Origin: Takakia lepidozioides
Taxonomy: Eukaryota; Plantae; Bryophyta
Length of the DNA: 64,000 nucleotides
Reading direction: 5' to 3'
NCBI GenBank assembly: GCA_030704615.1
Contig: CM060731.1
Coordinates: forward strand, 11,346,001 to 11,410,000
The notes below the pieces were generated by a model. It did no database searches and was not told the DNA's origin. It was given only the letters and a program-made list of their open reading frames with translations. Position 1 is the stretch's first letter; each line of letters opens with the position of its first letter. Positions 26,142 through 39,869 of this stretch are shown here, piece after piece. A program made the position numbers and the translations under genes.

Positions 26142-29100
26142 TGCTGTTGTGGCTGTATGTAAGACCCTGAAAGTTGCTTCCAATCAAGTGGCCGGCCATC
26201 GATTTGAAGGTGAGTCTATGTACTGTATCTTGGTCAATAAGACATGTAGGTCTGACTTCAATTCAGTTCATCATGTACTCCATCATTTTCAGCAGGGATT
26301 TTACCCTGACAGTGATGCATGGCATGGAATCTACTACAAGCCTTCTGGTTAGGCTCAAGAAGAAATCCCAGTTGCATTTGGCATGAGCATTCCATGTGAT
26401 AGGAACAGGTTTCGATAGCCAGATTCCCCTGCAGGGGGGAAGACTTTCTTACAACTTCATCTTACTTCTTGACCAATGCAAGTCCAATCCTCCAGGGCCC
26501 CACTCTGATAATACTTCTCAGTATTTGCCTTCCCATTCTTACATACGGTAGATGTCTTAAACTTAAGACCAGCACCTTTGTATTTGTGGTGACGTCCATG
26601 GACTGTCAGAGCATATAAGTGCATGAGTTGGAAGATGAAACTCGTGAGTGTGGTTTTGTCTCAAAGCATTGATTTTTGCATTCAATTTGGAGGGGCTGCA
26701 GAGGGGCGCTTGGGCTCACTTGTGGATGATTCTGGCCACTTCTACAAGCCCTTGCAAGATGGTTCGCGAGGTGACAATGAGATTACATTTTACAAGGAGG
26801 TATGGGAAGACAAAGATGTCCCTCCCTCGGTCCAGGGATACTTCCCATACTTTTATGGTACTATCAACACTGACCATCCCAATCACGGTGGCCCAAACAA
26901 TATCCTTACAGCTTCCAATCTCTTGGAGTCCACTCAACAGTTCTTTGGCTAGGAAGGGGTTGTTTATGCTAAGTATATTGAAGGAGAACTGAGAATGTTA
27001 TAGAAAACACTCTATGGAGTTTCTCCTAATCCCTCTACAGTTGTGGATAACACCTGATATTTGACAGTAGTCTACTGCAGCCTGGGCATGCTTGTGTCAA
27101 CAGTCATGGATTTAAATTATGGGCTGACTTTATAGATAGGGTAAGAGGAGCAAGAGGCTTGAAGGGGCCTTGGTAATTCTCAGGAACTCCACGGAACTGA
27201 TCATCGGGAAGAGCAGAGGCCATTGAAGGTGGCCTCATAAACGTACACAAGCGAGAAAAGGGTAGCCCAATGAAACAGGGATGACCTTTCATGCCTCGTT
27301 GGTAGTACAAAAATGGGCCTCTTCCTCCTCTCAATTGCCACTGTACCATGGTAATTTCAATTATGTGAAATCCTCATGTGTCTTTTGTAGTTGTTGACTC
27401 TTAACATCTGTTGGTAACGATATGCGGTGATGGAGGATTTAACTCACAGCTTCCGCCACCCTTGTATTGTTGATATCAAAGTAGGTCCACTGGCCCCCTC
27501 TGTTTTCTATCTTTTTCTTTCCCTTCATTTCATTTCCCTTTTTCATCCGTTCCAAATTAGTCATTATTTCAATTTCAAAGTGGGAGATCTAAATGTCATA
27601 GTCTGCTTACCAATCAGTAAGCAGTAGTAGTGATGCATACACCTTCAGAGTATGCATAAGGAAAAGGAATCGGTTGCAGATGGGAGCTCGCACGTGGTAT
27701 GCTGAAGCGAATGAAAATTACATCGAAAAATGCATGTACTGCATCTCCACCTTTGTCTCCGTCTGCTGCAGAGCTGGTTTGGTGGCCATTGTTTTCCAGT
27801 AACTGAAGCAGTGTGGATAGTTTTGAGTAGCAGTGGCTGGAAAATTTTCAGGATTTGAAGTCTTGGGGTTCTGTCCCATTAGTCTATAACCAAACAACCT
27901 TGTTTGCAATTCTGACTAGGTTTTTAATTCTCTTCAGACCTTTGCTTTGGTGAAGAGTGGTGTAGGAGTTCACTTGTGTCCCATATGCCAGCTCTTTTCA
28001 TTTCATTTCCTACTCCAGGCGTTCTGTCACCCTCAATACATGGACCAGTTCAGATTTAACTATTATGTAGTGGGAGAAACATGGACAGACAAAGAGACCC
28101 AAGAAGATGAGATTACTGTCCTCCATGAGAACATACCTTGCGTAGTACTTTGAACACATGACAAGCATTCCTTATGCTCCTGCATTTGGCCTGCATGTCG
28201 ACAAGGGTACTCTCTAGAATGATATCTGGCACAATTCCACCTTTGATGATGCTAGCATGGACCCCTTTGGCTGGCTCATGCTTTGATAGGAGACTGTGTC
28301 AGCAGGCGTCACTGCTGCCTGTAGCATTTGCTCATAAATCTCAAAGGCCTCCCTGGCACACTCTTGGCATGTCCTGCCATCATTATATTCCAGGTAGACT
28401 GATGTTTTTCAGGCATGTTGTCAAATAGTAGGCATGCTCCCAGATTTGGTATCAATTGTGGCTCGTATAAGGTATGTTCAACTCAATTGACCATACTACT
28501 GTGAGTGTGAACTGTGAAATTGCTGAAATAGTGAAGGTTTTCTTGGTGGGGTTGACAACAGAATGAAAGACACGGTGACCACATCAGCAGAGCTCGGATT
28601 CCGATTATCTGGAATGCAGGTCCTTCGCTCCACCTGCTTTTGCAACTGTTGGAGTTTAGTTGCATATAATGGCTCTATCAAGACTCTTATCTATTGGAAA
28701 AGGGTGCATTAACTCCTTTAACATGCATCCTACATTAAAACTACTTGTATGCATTTATCCCTATATGAGTTGCTGATGTTAAATATAAAGAAAAAGATGA
28801 TCAGAAGCAGACTGCCTCAAAATTCAAGAAAGGGGTTGTTGGGTATGTGCCCTCAATCATCCACCTCCTCCCCCTCTCTTGTGCAACACTTGATGTACTA
28901 AGTAGTTCTTGTTTTCTTCTAACCTGTCCCATGGGTCTCTGTGGGTGTTTCTTCCGCTCCCTCTTCAAAATCAGGCTGAGTATTTTGCCAAGGCTACCAG
29001 AGAGCAGAGTTTGCTGCAGTCGATCACCATTTCATGTCATTCCATTTCATTCTCTTCAACTTGCAGAGACTTACAAAATGGGAAGGAGAAGAGAAGTGAT

Positions 29101-29895
29101 GTCTGTATTGTCGGGTTGGGACCTAAAAGCAGTCATGTATTTGCTTAGGTGTATGAGGCAGCTAGTGGAACAACATGGAAAGCTGATCGTGACTGGTATA
29201 GAGATCTAACCAATGACTCAACAGCTGTTGCAATGAAGCGTTTCGTCGCATCAAATTCATCCAATGAGACCAACTTTGATGCTGCACTGGCACCTGCTGT
29301 CTATGGTGGGCCTCAGGGGGCTCTTGCACAGCTTCAACTGCTCAAAGAATGGTAGAAATGTCTTCAATCTTCCTTACCGTAATTTCATTATTTTGGCTGC
29401 TTGACTAAGTTTGTTTCTTTTCAGTGTCTCACCTCTCGAACCAATTCGTGGCTCAGGCATCTTCCAACACAGTACTACCACACTTGAGGGACATGGACAA
29501 AGAGGGCCTCCCAGATTCACACCCGTTTTGATTGCCGGTTCACCATAGTAAGCTTATCCACCTTTAGCTCCTCATGGCAGGAAGAACAAAACAAAGTATT
29601 AATGGGTTGACTGCGGGTTGTGTTTGACAGGATTGAGAAGCAAACATTCTATCATTTCTACTCTGCCTCAATTCTGATAATCTATGAGGGGGAGCCTTCA
29701 ACTCCAGCTGCTGATGAAGGCAGCCCAGCCACTGGAGTGCATCCTATAAGACGTGTATCTGTCAAAATGGTGGATTTTGCCCATGTACTGCGCGAGCAAA
29801 ACTCAATTGATGAAAATCTGTTGGAAGGTCTGAACTCATTGGAACTTTACCTTTCGGACATTGTTAATGATGTTCCTGAGGCAGATGTGTGTTGA
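26142..29895 (+). CDS. IPK2: Inositol polyphosphate multikinase (IPK2/IPMK family); start codon unresolved
   Basis: Exons ~26142-26209, 26702-26899, 27419-27480, 27680-27735, 28562-28619, 29149-29351 and 29631-29895 join in frame. They give QVAGH, LVDDSGHFYKPLQ, PCIVDIKMGARTWY (PxxxDxKxG), LGFRLSGMQ, FYSASILIIYE and VKMVDFAH. Confidence 0.9.
26900..27418 (+). other. U12-type AT-AC intron
   Basis: Donor ATATCCTTAC at 26900, branch-like CTCTTAAC near 27398, AC acceptor at 27417-27418. Splicing restores the frame (GPN-R-YAVMEDL). Confidence 0.88.
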
Positions 29896-31299
29896 AGCCT
29901 CTTGTAGCTGATGAGGATACTTGTCTATCACCCGTGTAACTTTAGTTCATAGACTCCAGCCTTTCCTCAGCTTGCAGTCAGTACAGGACAGAGTTTGGCG
30001 AGAGATGACAATGAGACCTGCAGGACATGAGTGGCTTCCAACGTGTTAGCTCAATCTAGGATCCAAATCTATCTGACTCCACCTTCACAGTCTTCATTTT
30101 TGACCGTCCTGTTTGATCAAATTTGGCCAATGCAAGACTTCCTTTGACAATCAGTGGTTAGCTTAACTAGACCGGTTACAAAGACTCTGGATCTGACAAC
30201 CATTTTGAATAGATGGCTCTTAAACGGCTCTTCATATTGTTGGTGACATTGTGTTGTACTGGAGTGACGGTGGCCCACTTGAATGCCCAGTCCATTATCA
30301 ATATCTGGAACCCAGTTGCTTTTGATGCCTGTGATCTTGAAAGCAAATCTGCAGAAACTTCTCAAGTCATGGACAGCAGTGAGAAAATCAACCAGAACAT
30401 CCTTCTGTTACCAATTGTCCCCAAATTGACCATACAACAAACAATCTATGCTGTTCGAAGTCTTGATGAATCAGTTAAGAGTACTACAAACCGATCCATC
30501 TTTTAGAGTGGCTTACATCCATAAAAACTTCGGTCCATTCCAGCTTCTTGCTAGAATTCTTGAGGTTTGTGAAGATGTGCACCCTCCACTATCTAGATTT
30601 GTAGAATTCAGAGTATGACCGTGTTTGATCAGAAGTTGCACCCTAAACAATCGCTTTAGAAAGTGGGCTACCGGAGGACGACTCTCTCTCTCTCACAGAC
30701 GCGCAGTTTCTCTGGCTTCTTGGGCTTCCGTGGGCGTCGCAAAGTTCCTTTTTTCAACGACGGCCATGGCAAACGCAGACTTTCACATCTTTTTCTCGTT
30801 ATCATCTGTGTCTAAAATTTTCATAAGAACTCTGAGCGCGTTGCTTGGGGATTTAACTTTGCCAGGATGCACCGTCGGTCTGGTTACGGCACCGGAGTTT
30901 CGTCAGCTTTGTTCGATTGAGAGCCTTCCTAAATTGAGATTGTTATCGTACGTGGTAGCTGAGTTTTCTTTGCAAAGAATTTGTTGTGTATGTGATCGGT
31001 TTTGCTGGAAAGCTGGAGGAGTTCTATGGGTGAGAGAGATTCGGGATCCTATCGTTCCACTTTATCAGTAGTGTGGTGCAAGCATGTTCAAAAAAACTTG
31101 ACAGTGCCAGTGCGAATGCGCTCGGGGGTTTCGTTCCATCGACATCTGAATTGCCACGCGATGCGGGTGGTGATTCCCTAGAGCCTATGGCGAGTTTGAT
31201 GAAGACCATGGAGCTCTTGTATGCAATTCCATTACATTTAACAGTACATATAATACATAGGGAAACGGAACACTGTTGACTTGAGATTCCACTTAACTT

Positions 31300-31538
31300 A
31301 GCCAACAGTCAGCTGAGTTGGATATTGCACTGAGTGCCACCCAGATGATTCTGGGGTCAAATCCTGCTACCTTGACGGGTGTGGTCTGTTCTTCTCTCCC
31401 TTCCCATGGGCTGTGTCCCATGCTAAAGCCTTCGCGGCGAGGTTATTTTCCTCTCACTGTAACTAAGGGGCCTGATTTGTGAGTTGTCGCTCACCAGGTG
31501 TTTCCCTGGGAAAAACAAAATGAAAAAGAAATAAAAAA
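31300..31538 (+). mobile_element. Candidate tRNA-derived SINE
   Basis: A-box-like agctgagttgg (31311), B-box-like gggtcaaatcc (~31354), and an A-rich tail at 31511-31538. Confidence 0.45.
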
Positions 31539-31859
31539 CCGCTGAGTGTCTATTGGCAGACATATGGTTTGTTAGAAACAAATTAGGAATTTACAATTTA
31601 CGCCAAGTTACAATAGAGTCAATCATATTTGGAGAATTGCTGGCTTTTATGGGCAAAGATTATTTTAGGCTCAGAAGTTACTTTTTTCCTCTCTTTCAGA
31701 CAATTCACCAGACGTTAAAAAAAGAAACTTTATTTTTTATAAAAAGATACTCTTACCTCTTCTGTTTGGGTAAAGTTTAAAAAAAAAAACAAATTGTTTT
31801 GGACTAGTTTTCTGTTAGCTATTTTCATCTTATGCCTTTTTGAGACAATACTTTTTCAG

Positions 31860-33838
31860 CAGTATATAAGCTGGGTGAGGCTCATTGTACTTGACTCCCG
31901 TTTCTTCGGGTTTTATGGGTGTCCGCAACAATGCCAGTCTTTGATCAAATGGAGCCTGCCTTCGTATTTCTCTTCCGTGTTCCAGGTGTTCCACGTGGCG
32001 TAAAGGAGATGAATTTTTATGATCCGTCAAGGGGACTGTGACACACCATGGACCTCTCTTCCTTACACCTCATTTGCCTCGAAGAAGGTTTATGCAGCAT
32101 CATATATGTTCTGCAGACGGAGGTCTGTTCTGTATCAAATCACACTCTAATATGCACGATGAGGTGTACTATTACACCGTATTCAACCCTCTTAAACCCT
32201 AAAGGACTAACCCCAATTTTTGGGACCACCCCCTAAAAATTGACCCTTCCCCACTAAATAATTTATATCTTGAGATTTCCTCAGGCCCTGTAAAACTGAC
32301 CGTTGTAATATGTTTCTACCTACCCCAGCTATGACCACAAAACGTCTGGTCCAAATCGAACCCCGGATTGCTAGATTACAATGTTGAAAAATGGGTCAAA
32401 AACAAATTTCCTATTTACAATGGGGTTAAAAACACAGCTTTTCTTATCGAATTTCCCAGCTGTGAAATGTTTTGACAAGACACAAACCAGAATCTTGTAC
32501 CCTGCCAGGTAAGACACTTGCCCTAAAAATTTCAGCTTTTTCTGACATGTTCTCATGTGGGCTGCTTTGTACGGTCAATTTGGGGGGTCAAATTTTCCAA
32601 TTTCAAAGGGGCAAGCACAAAACCGTATTAAGAAATTCGGTGAAAAGATCTGAACCGTTGAATTGTAAATCGCTCCGGTTGTACTGTAGTGGGCAGGTTT
32701 GTGTAAGCAGAATAAAACTTTCGCCCCAATCGGAGCTTTCCTTCATATGATTTTTTCCCCTGCCCTTGACTTCTCCATGTGCACCTATGTTTGCCTATAC
32801 TTTTTGGCCAGTAGCCCTAAGATATGTGGGTTTTGGGGGGGTGCCTTTGCCTTAGCCTGCCGATGGGGGCCGCTTTAGGGCGCAATAAAGGGTGTTGGGA
32901 GGCGCGCCACCCTGCGCAAGTGGGGGGTGCGTGGAATTTCTCCCTAACCTGACCCTAGTTGACACGTAGGATGGAGGGCAGGTTAGCTCCCCAAAATGCG
33001 GCTGAAAACCACGAGTGTGGTAGACTCTAGGTGTTCCACGTGGCTGGGGCCAGGCCCAATGACGAATTGGGAAATGCCACCTCATAGCTGACGCGATTAC
33101 CTATCCAATGAGCCTAAACATGCCCAAATCAGGCTTAACCCCAATGATAACCAGACACTTTTCTAAACCTAACCGACCCAGTTTGGGTCGCTTCGTCCTT
33201 TAGGGGTTAAAGTGCTGGAGACAGCTGCCTATGGTGCCTGAAGTCTTTCGTGGAAAATATAGCAACCCCTGCATTTACACGAGCTTGATAGATAAATTGG
33301 TGGTAGATACGAGTACCGCGGGGGGGGGGGGAGGTTATAAACTTATTAAGGTAATGAGATCTAGGCAAACCTTGATGTACGACTCTATCTCCAACTCATG
33401 GACCGCGGCTGAACTCATGCCTGCACCTCGGGATTTTCCCCGGTTACTCAATGTGAATTGGAACTTTATGTACGTCATGATGCCAGATCGTATCCCCATT
33501 CCGTCCCAACCCCTACGATTATTCATATGGGCTTGGTGGAGGATCGGGGCTACATGATGTTGGTTGGGACTGTTGGCGATGAGGAGTGTTTTATGCCACG
33601 TTTGTTGGAGTTTGATGCATCCACTCGAGGGTGGAGGCGTTTGCCAGAAATTCCTGATAGCGTCCGGAATGAATTAGGCCGTAGGGAGGATTGGCGTTGG
33701 TGTCCGAAAAGGTGTGGCGATTTCGTAGTCTTCCACGACATATCACTGACGGGTTTGGTGTATGATTGTCTTGAAGGAACGTGGAGGCTACTTGAAAATC
33801 GTGCAACAAACGAATGGTCGAGGATTCTGTCTGCGTAG
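31860..33838 (+). pseudogene. F-box/kelch-like (F-box-associated beta-propeller) pseudogene interrupted by a TE
   Basis: Fragments FYDPSRGL*HTMDLSSL and ICSADGGLFCIK...VFNPL, then the insertion, then WRQLP...YKLIKV...MYDSISNSW, GLVEDRGYMMLVG, WRRLPEIP, LVYDCLEGTWRLL. Contains a premature stop and frameshifts. Confidence 0.7.
32196..33206. mobile_element. Non-autonomous TTAA-flanked DNA transposon (piggyBac-like)
   Basis: TTAA at 32192-32195 and 33207-33210. Terminal inverted repeats (A/C)CCCTAAAGGAC / GTCCTTTAGGGG. Sits exactly between the NPL and WRQLP motifs of the F-box pseudogene. Confidence 0.7.
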
Positions 33839-34495
33839 AGTTTAGATGTGGCAAGGTTTTGGTTTTTGTTTGAGAGACGGAAACAGTTTCGGGTGATAGT
33901 TTGCCGAGTCCCCAAATTGAGGGGGTATAGGGTAAAACATCCTATGACCGTTATAGTACCTATGACCGGTCACCTCATAACTGCTCGGGTCAGGCCGCAT
34001 GAGCTACCATTGCTGGGCCCAAGACTGCTCAGTTTTGCCACTTGGCAAACAGTTGTTTGATAGAACCCCCAAAAAATGTGATTGGTCATAGGGCCCAAGG
34101 TTCACACAAACTTTCTGATTGTTTCAACTTTGAAACCCCACAACTTTGTGTGGACTTCATGAAATCACTCACTTCCAAGTGTGTTGGGATGCCCTGGATG
34201 TGGGGCATCTTATCAATTTTATCCGGGGTAAAAACAAAAACAATTCACCGTTAGATCTTCCGCCATCGTTAGATGAACGGTCCCTTTTTGGAATCTCCTT
34301 CGTTGATGAGTTCTGTGCATAGCTGCAAGTGAAGGAAGGGAGAATGATTGGTGCATAGTACAACATGGCTGGCTGGTTGCTGGTGAGAGGGAACATGAGT
34401 GCAATTTTTTAAAGGATCATTGGCCATGAATTGCGAAACTGCAAAATTTATTGGCTTGTGTGCTGCACACTTGTTAATTGGATAGCTACCTACTA

Positions 34496-36282
34496 GATCT
34501 ACATAAGGAAGGACTTTATGATAAATGAAAAAGTGCATTTATGGACTTCCGAAATATTATTAAAATCTTAAAAGAAGTGTACGTATATACCTAGCTTTGT
34601 CATGTCAAGATCCCAAAAGCAGAGAATCTAGTTAGAAACTTCAGAGAGTATGATGTGGTCAAGAAAGTTCAAACCAACCACTCCCAAGTAATAAAATGTG
34701 CTTCACTATCAAGTTTGAATTTTCAACTAATCATCCTGCATAAGTGACCAACTAACTTAAGCTCGTGTACACCATATTGTGAAAGAAGTGTATTTAATGA
34801 ATTGTTGACATAATGGACACATGCTTGGAGATGGACTCTATTATAATGGCCATCAGAAGTATCTACAATTGTAGTTATTGCAACCACATATCCACTCTGA
34901 AAGACCCATTTATTTAAATAGACTCAGCTATCTTTCCTATTGCAACTTTCCACACTGACCACACTTGTGCTGGAAAACGGAGATTTGTCTTTGACACGCC
35001 TTTGTAGTAAACCCTCCAATCTGCAAGAGTTTGCCATGGCTATGACCACTCGTCAATCTAAACCACAAGATATCAGAAATCTGAAGACAGGGATTGATGT
35101 CCTAGTATACTCTATACCCCACAAAATTTGAGGACTGTGATACACGGAAAAGAACAATTGGCTTAGGCTGAGCCCGAACTTGTCCATTTCGATGTCACTA
35201 ATTTTGTAAAAAGTCGCGGCCTTTGAGTTGCTTTGTGTGGCCTATTAGCTTAAGCATATTCACATTCCTTTTAAAAACAGTTGAACCCATGAACAAATTA
35301 AAACTAATAGTTGATCAGCCACAATCACCGACCAAAGAAGCATTAATGGATGGGCATAAGCAGAAAAGATTGCACTTTGACCACTAAACCCAGTCTCTTG
35401 TTCCTGTACGTTGTCCTCACCAATGTTGCGCGGATATTCCATTCAGCCTCAAACCCCGTGGATTCCAACCTGGATATGTGTATGTGGATCTGCCGGAGGT
35501 CAAAAAATCAAATATCCGCCTCCGTTAAGAACCGCCGCCGCATATGAAGAGGTGGGACCACCGGATCTGGTTGAGAACCGGTGGTTTTTTTTTTTTTTAA
35601 ATTGATTTGAATCGGAGCTGGTGGTCCAAAAGAAGCAGGTTATGAACCCATATATCCGGCATTTAAAACCGGAAGTTATAATCCGGATAATAAACAACAC
35701 TTCTTTTTGTTGCACAATGATATGAAAACTGAGAGGAGGGGGTTTCAGGGGAGAAAACTGAGTGGAACATTCTTGCATTGAGAGTCTTAACCATTTAAAA
35801 ACTGATCAATATAAAAACATAACGGTTGCCGCCTCATACTGCCATGTGGGGAGAACAAATACACCTTGAAAGATGTGTAAACTCACTACTAAATATGAGC
35901 CCAAACTAAAGGGATTTCCCAATGTAGAGAGGCACTGGAATCAACATATCACAACTTAATCAGATGGAGAAGCTAACACTGATGAGTACTAGATTCCACA
36001 CTCAACAAATTTATCAACTAGAAAAGGCATGAAAGAGATCTGAATGCAATTGTTGGAATTCGTTTTGACCGCAATCGATGACGTCATGCAACTCGATGGG
36101 TGCAATGAATACAAGTTGCATGACCTCGTTGATTGCGGTCCAAACAAACTCTAGCAATGACATTTTCTCACCAAGATTAGGTACCCACATCTACATAAGT
36201 GAGGATTTATGATAAATAAAAACTACACTTATGGACTCCTGAAATATAACATCAGTGAAAGCTTAAAAGTAGTGTATCTATG
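34496..36282. repeat. Diverged ~90-bp direct repeat pair (34496-34590 and ~36189-36282)
   Basis: atctacataag..gga(c/t)ttatgataaat...ttatggact..gaaatat...cttaaaag.agtgta occurs at both sites. Confidence 0.65.
36049..36158. repeat. Imperfect inverted repeat (45-bp arms, 20-nt loop)
   Basis: attgttggaattcgttttgaccgcaatcgatgacgtcatgcaact pairs with agttgcatgacctcgttgattgcggtccaaacaaactctagcaat. Confidence 0.85.
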
Positions 36283-38269
36283 AGCTGCTATTAACCCCTA
36301 TCAACACAAATATTAAGCCAAACATATCAATATACATTGAAAGAATCACAACAAATTCTACTTTAGAAGCCCCCAACATGTACTCTCCAATTCCTAGTTT
36401 TGCAGCATTTACTCATCAAGGTTCTAAAGATTGCTGTGGTTTTGCAAATATGTTACCAATCCCGTTTTCAAAGAATGGCAAACAAGCTGACGGAATTGAA
36501 GAGCCAATTAGAAACAGTTCACCTAAACTCGTAGTCAAATGTGCAAGATGTGGGTGGAGATCTCCTTGGAGACACCGCCATCAAGTATGAGCCAAAATCA
36601 TAGTTGCTTATGATTGTGTGAATTAAATCTATTATGTTTGTTTTTCACTTCATTAACAAAATAAGTCGGGTGGCTTGTAGGTGGTCATTTCATTATTTTA
36701 TTCACAAAAAGTGTGAAGGAATTGAGGCATATAATGACCTTCAGAGCTCAAAGCACGCCCATGTGCATGGATGACTCTAGTGACAATGGCTTCAGTTGAG
36801 GGGTGTTGTGCTGCTCTCTTTGATATTTCTTTCGTATGTATTGTTTATGTTTCTTGCTCTCTTGTGGCTTCACTACTGTAGGGCATGATATTCATGTAAT
36901 TGTATGAGGGAATGGTTTATTTTTGCTATATGTCTTAGTGACAATCATCTTTTGTCACTGCACCGTAACTAACCTCCCATATTGACATTTGGCTGTGCCA
37001 CTCACAGATGATGTGCTTCATCGTGGTTAATACCAGCAACACCTTCACAATCTAGCTTTTAAGATCAAATGATAGTTGTCTATTGCAAGTTTGATAAGTC
37101 AAATGGGCTTTGGGCTGTTGTACTATAGTTGCAAGACATTAGACCAGCGCCAAACGGACGTAGATAAATCGTATGTATTTCTGGAGTAGTCGGGATGCCC
37201 GGACCAATTTTGTTACCAAAAAAGAAGACAACTGATGAAACCACAATCAATAATATTTGGTACAGAATCCTTGAATCAGTTCAAAATTTCTACTCATGAG
37301 GATGTTATCTAATTGCAGCCTTGGCCGTCCTTGTTCAGCTTTGATTGTCTTATCATTATGATTGCTTGTCAACAAAGGCCCGCATTGGAACCAATGCAGA
37401 TCAGAGTACAAGAATTAATTTGAGGCAAAGCTTTAGCTTTCCTAACTAACCAAGCCATTGACATCTGAGAATGTCTATTAAAGAATAAGTTGCCACATAT
37501 CACAGGCAATCAAATGGAAATTATTGAAACGATACCAAAGTTTGTTGTAAGTTCTTGGCCTCTTTTTGCTTTGGATAATTTCCTAAATCTGTGTAGATGT
37601 AGAAGTTAAGGCTTAACTCTGATGAATGTCTACCCAAAATCCATTTTTTTTCCCTCGGCCTCGTTAGCGAAAATGAGACTCCAGCTCAGAATATGGTGGA
37701 AACTCTTTCTTGACATGTGTTTGTCTTGCTTATATGTGCTACAAGCTTGGCCGCCCTACGTCATGGTGCTGGTCATATCCTCTTATTACACTCAAGCCAA
37801 GTCTATTGTTCCATGTCTGACTTCAACAAATAGGAGAAGCATTCCAATATGTATGTTATTCATGGTCTTTTCCTTGAGATGACTGGTTCCACAACATGAC
37901 AATCACTGTCGGTTTTGTGACATTTCTTAGACTGCAGAGTTAAAAGTACTTCCAGTCATCCAATCAGCTCTTCATTACTACAAATACTGAACCAGTTTCA
38001 AGAAAAAATTGATAACAACTGTTGACATGCATTTGTCTGATGACAACAATGGGGGTACCCAACCACAACTCTCTAAACAAAGTGATGAACAATCAAAATG
38101 TGGAATATCTCACTGTCTTTCAAAACAAAATATCCATGCCCACCATGTTGCTTTCTAGTCATCACTACCCATTCCCAAGCACACTTGACTTCACAAACTC
38201 ATCACAAGGTTGTAGGACTATCCCCTTGCTGCAAAGAGAAAAAAGAGTAAAAGAAGAGGGATATGGAAT

Positions 38270-38560
38270 ACAAGCATTTTCTACCAAAGCTGCATGAGGT
38301 TGGGCCAATTTGTGTGCCACTCAATGCTTACCCCATAATTGCATAAATGGACTTATTCTTACACTCATGCCTCTGTGACTTCCAAGAGTTCTATGCAGAG
38401 CTCAAATATCTGCTTCATTATATTGTAGCTTCACCATTATTTTTTCTAACCATTGGTTAGTATCTCTTATGCGATCACCATCATCACTAGAATAACTGCA
38501 AGGACTAAAAAGCTTAGTTGCGTTGAAAACCGAAAGATATGTGAAAACGCCATACAAGTG
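38270..38560 (-). mobile_element. Degraded hAT-like transposase fragment
   Basis: Minus-strand remnants FNATKLFSP...QWLEKI and WHTNWPNLMQLW*, resembling the region before the hAT C-terminal dimerisation domain. Many stops. Confidence 0.3.
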
Positions 38561-39869
38561 AAGGGGTGACAGGCTACTACGGGTCGAAATTTGTGGTTGC
38601 TGGAGAAATAACCATGTCCGAGGTGCTATGAAGCTTACTTAGCAAGCCTATGAGGGTTTGCCCATAGAATAATAGTCCTTTCCCAACTTTTTGGCCTCGT
38701 CCAACCTGCCAACACCCAAGTGGGGAGGCCACATGACAAACTTAAGCACATGACAATGACAAAACTAATCAAGTAGACGACAATGTCTACATACCGAAGT
38801 GGGGCATTGCGACAGCCATGGTTTTTGCTGCTTCCAGCATTTCTTGTCCTGGAGTAGGATTGGATCTGGGGGAGCCAACACCATTTCATTAAGTGGAGGT
38901 GTAAAATGATTGACATGAAATTTTTATTGTTTGTAATTTGCATAAAATCCGAATGTTCATGATTCAAAACGAAAATTTGTGTTACACTCAATTCGGTGCT
39001 TCAAATTGTTATGCTGAGTTATGTACATTTCATATTCTTCTACTTATGTACATTTGATTACTGGTTGAAAGTGTCCAACACAATTAGGTCCGTCTTAAAA
39101 AACAATTTGCGATGGCTCTTCTTGAAAGTGATTACACGTTCAATCATAACTTTGCAATTTTTTTAGACCACGTGTGAATTAGAGGTTTCAAAATAATCAA
39201 AAGTCCAAAACACTATATTGAAACAGCCCATATACCACTTTGTTCAGTACTGATAGACATTTGGTTTAAGTATTCTTCTTCTAAATGTACTCCGTGTAAT
39301 GAATGCAAGAATTCAGTAGCATGTTTTCTAATTGAGTAATCAGCTTTTTAGGTACACAATTGTGTCGAAAAAGTAATCGTCACTAGCAAATTTGTAATGA
39401 ACTGTACGCGGATCAAATTCAAAGAACTTAAAACAAAGTCCATGGCGTTAACTACGGAAACCATATCGTGTATGCATTATGTTCTAATAATTCTATGAAC
39501 ATGTGAAACAAACAAAAAAATTGTTAGACATAGAACAATGCAATCGTTCATAAGCTGATCATAAAGCTCTTGCTTTGTCACTTCGGTAAATACCAAGTGA
39601 CGCTTGCTAATAGCTGATTTGATTGCGCATTGTTATTTGTTCATAACTTATTGTTGATTGCGCATTGTTTATAGCTGATTGCTCTAGACTACTCACGATC
39701 AATACATGAACGTATAATCGTACAAGTTGTTGATCACCAAAACATCGAAATATTGCAAACATAAATCAATCCGGATATGAGCAATGGTATCTGAATATCA
39801 ATAACCTAGAAATATGAACTCGGATATGGTATTAAAAAATAATATAATAAAAATGGTACTAGTATTCAA

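Noticed and set aside
30213-30506. 97-aa ORF with a signal-peptide-like start
   Set aside because: No recognisable motif, and it lies just downstream of IPK2, probably in the 3' UTR region. Unsupported without expression data.
32194-32203. Interstitial telomere or telo-box (AAACCCTAAA)
   Set aside because: A single unit, explained as part of the transposon TIR.
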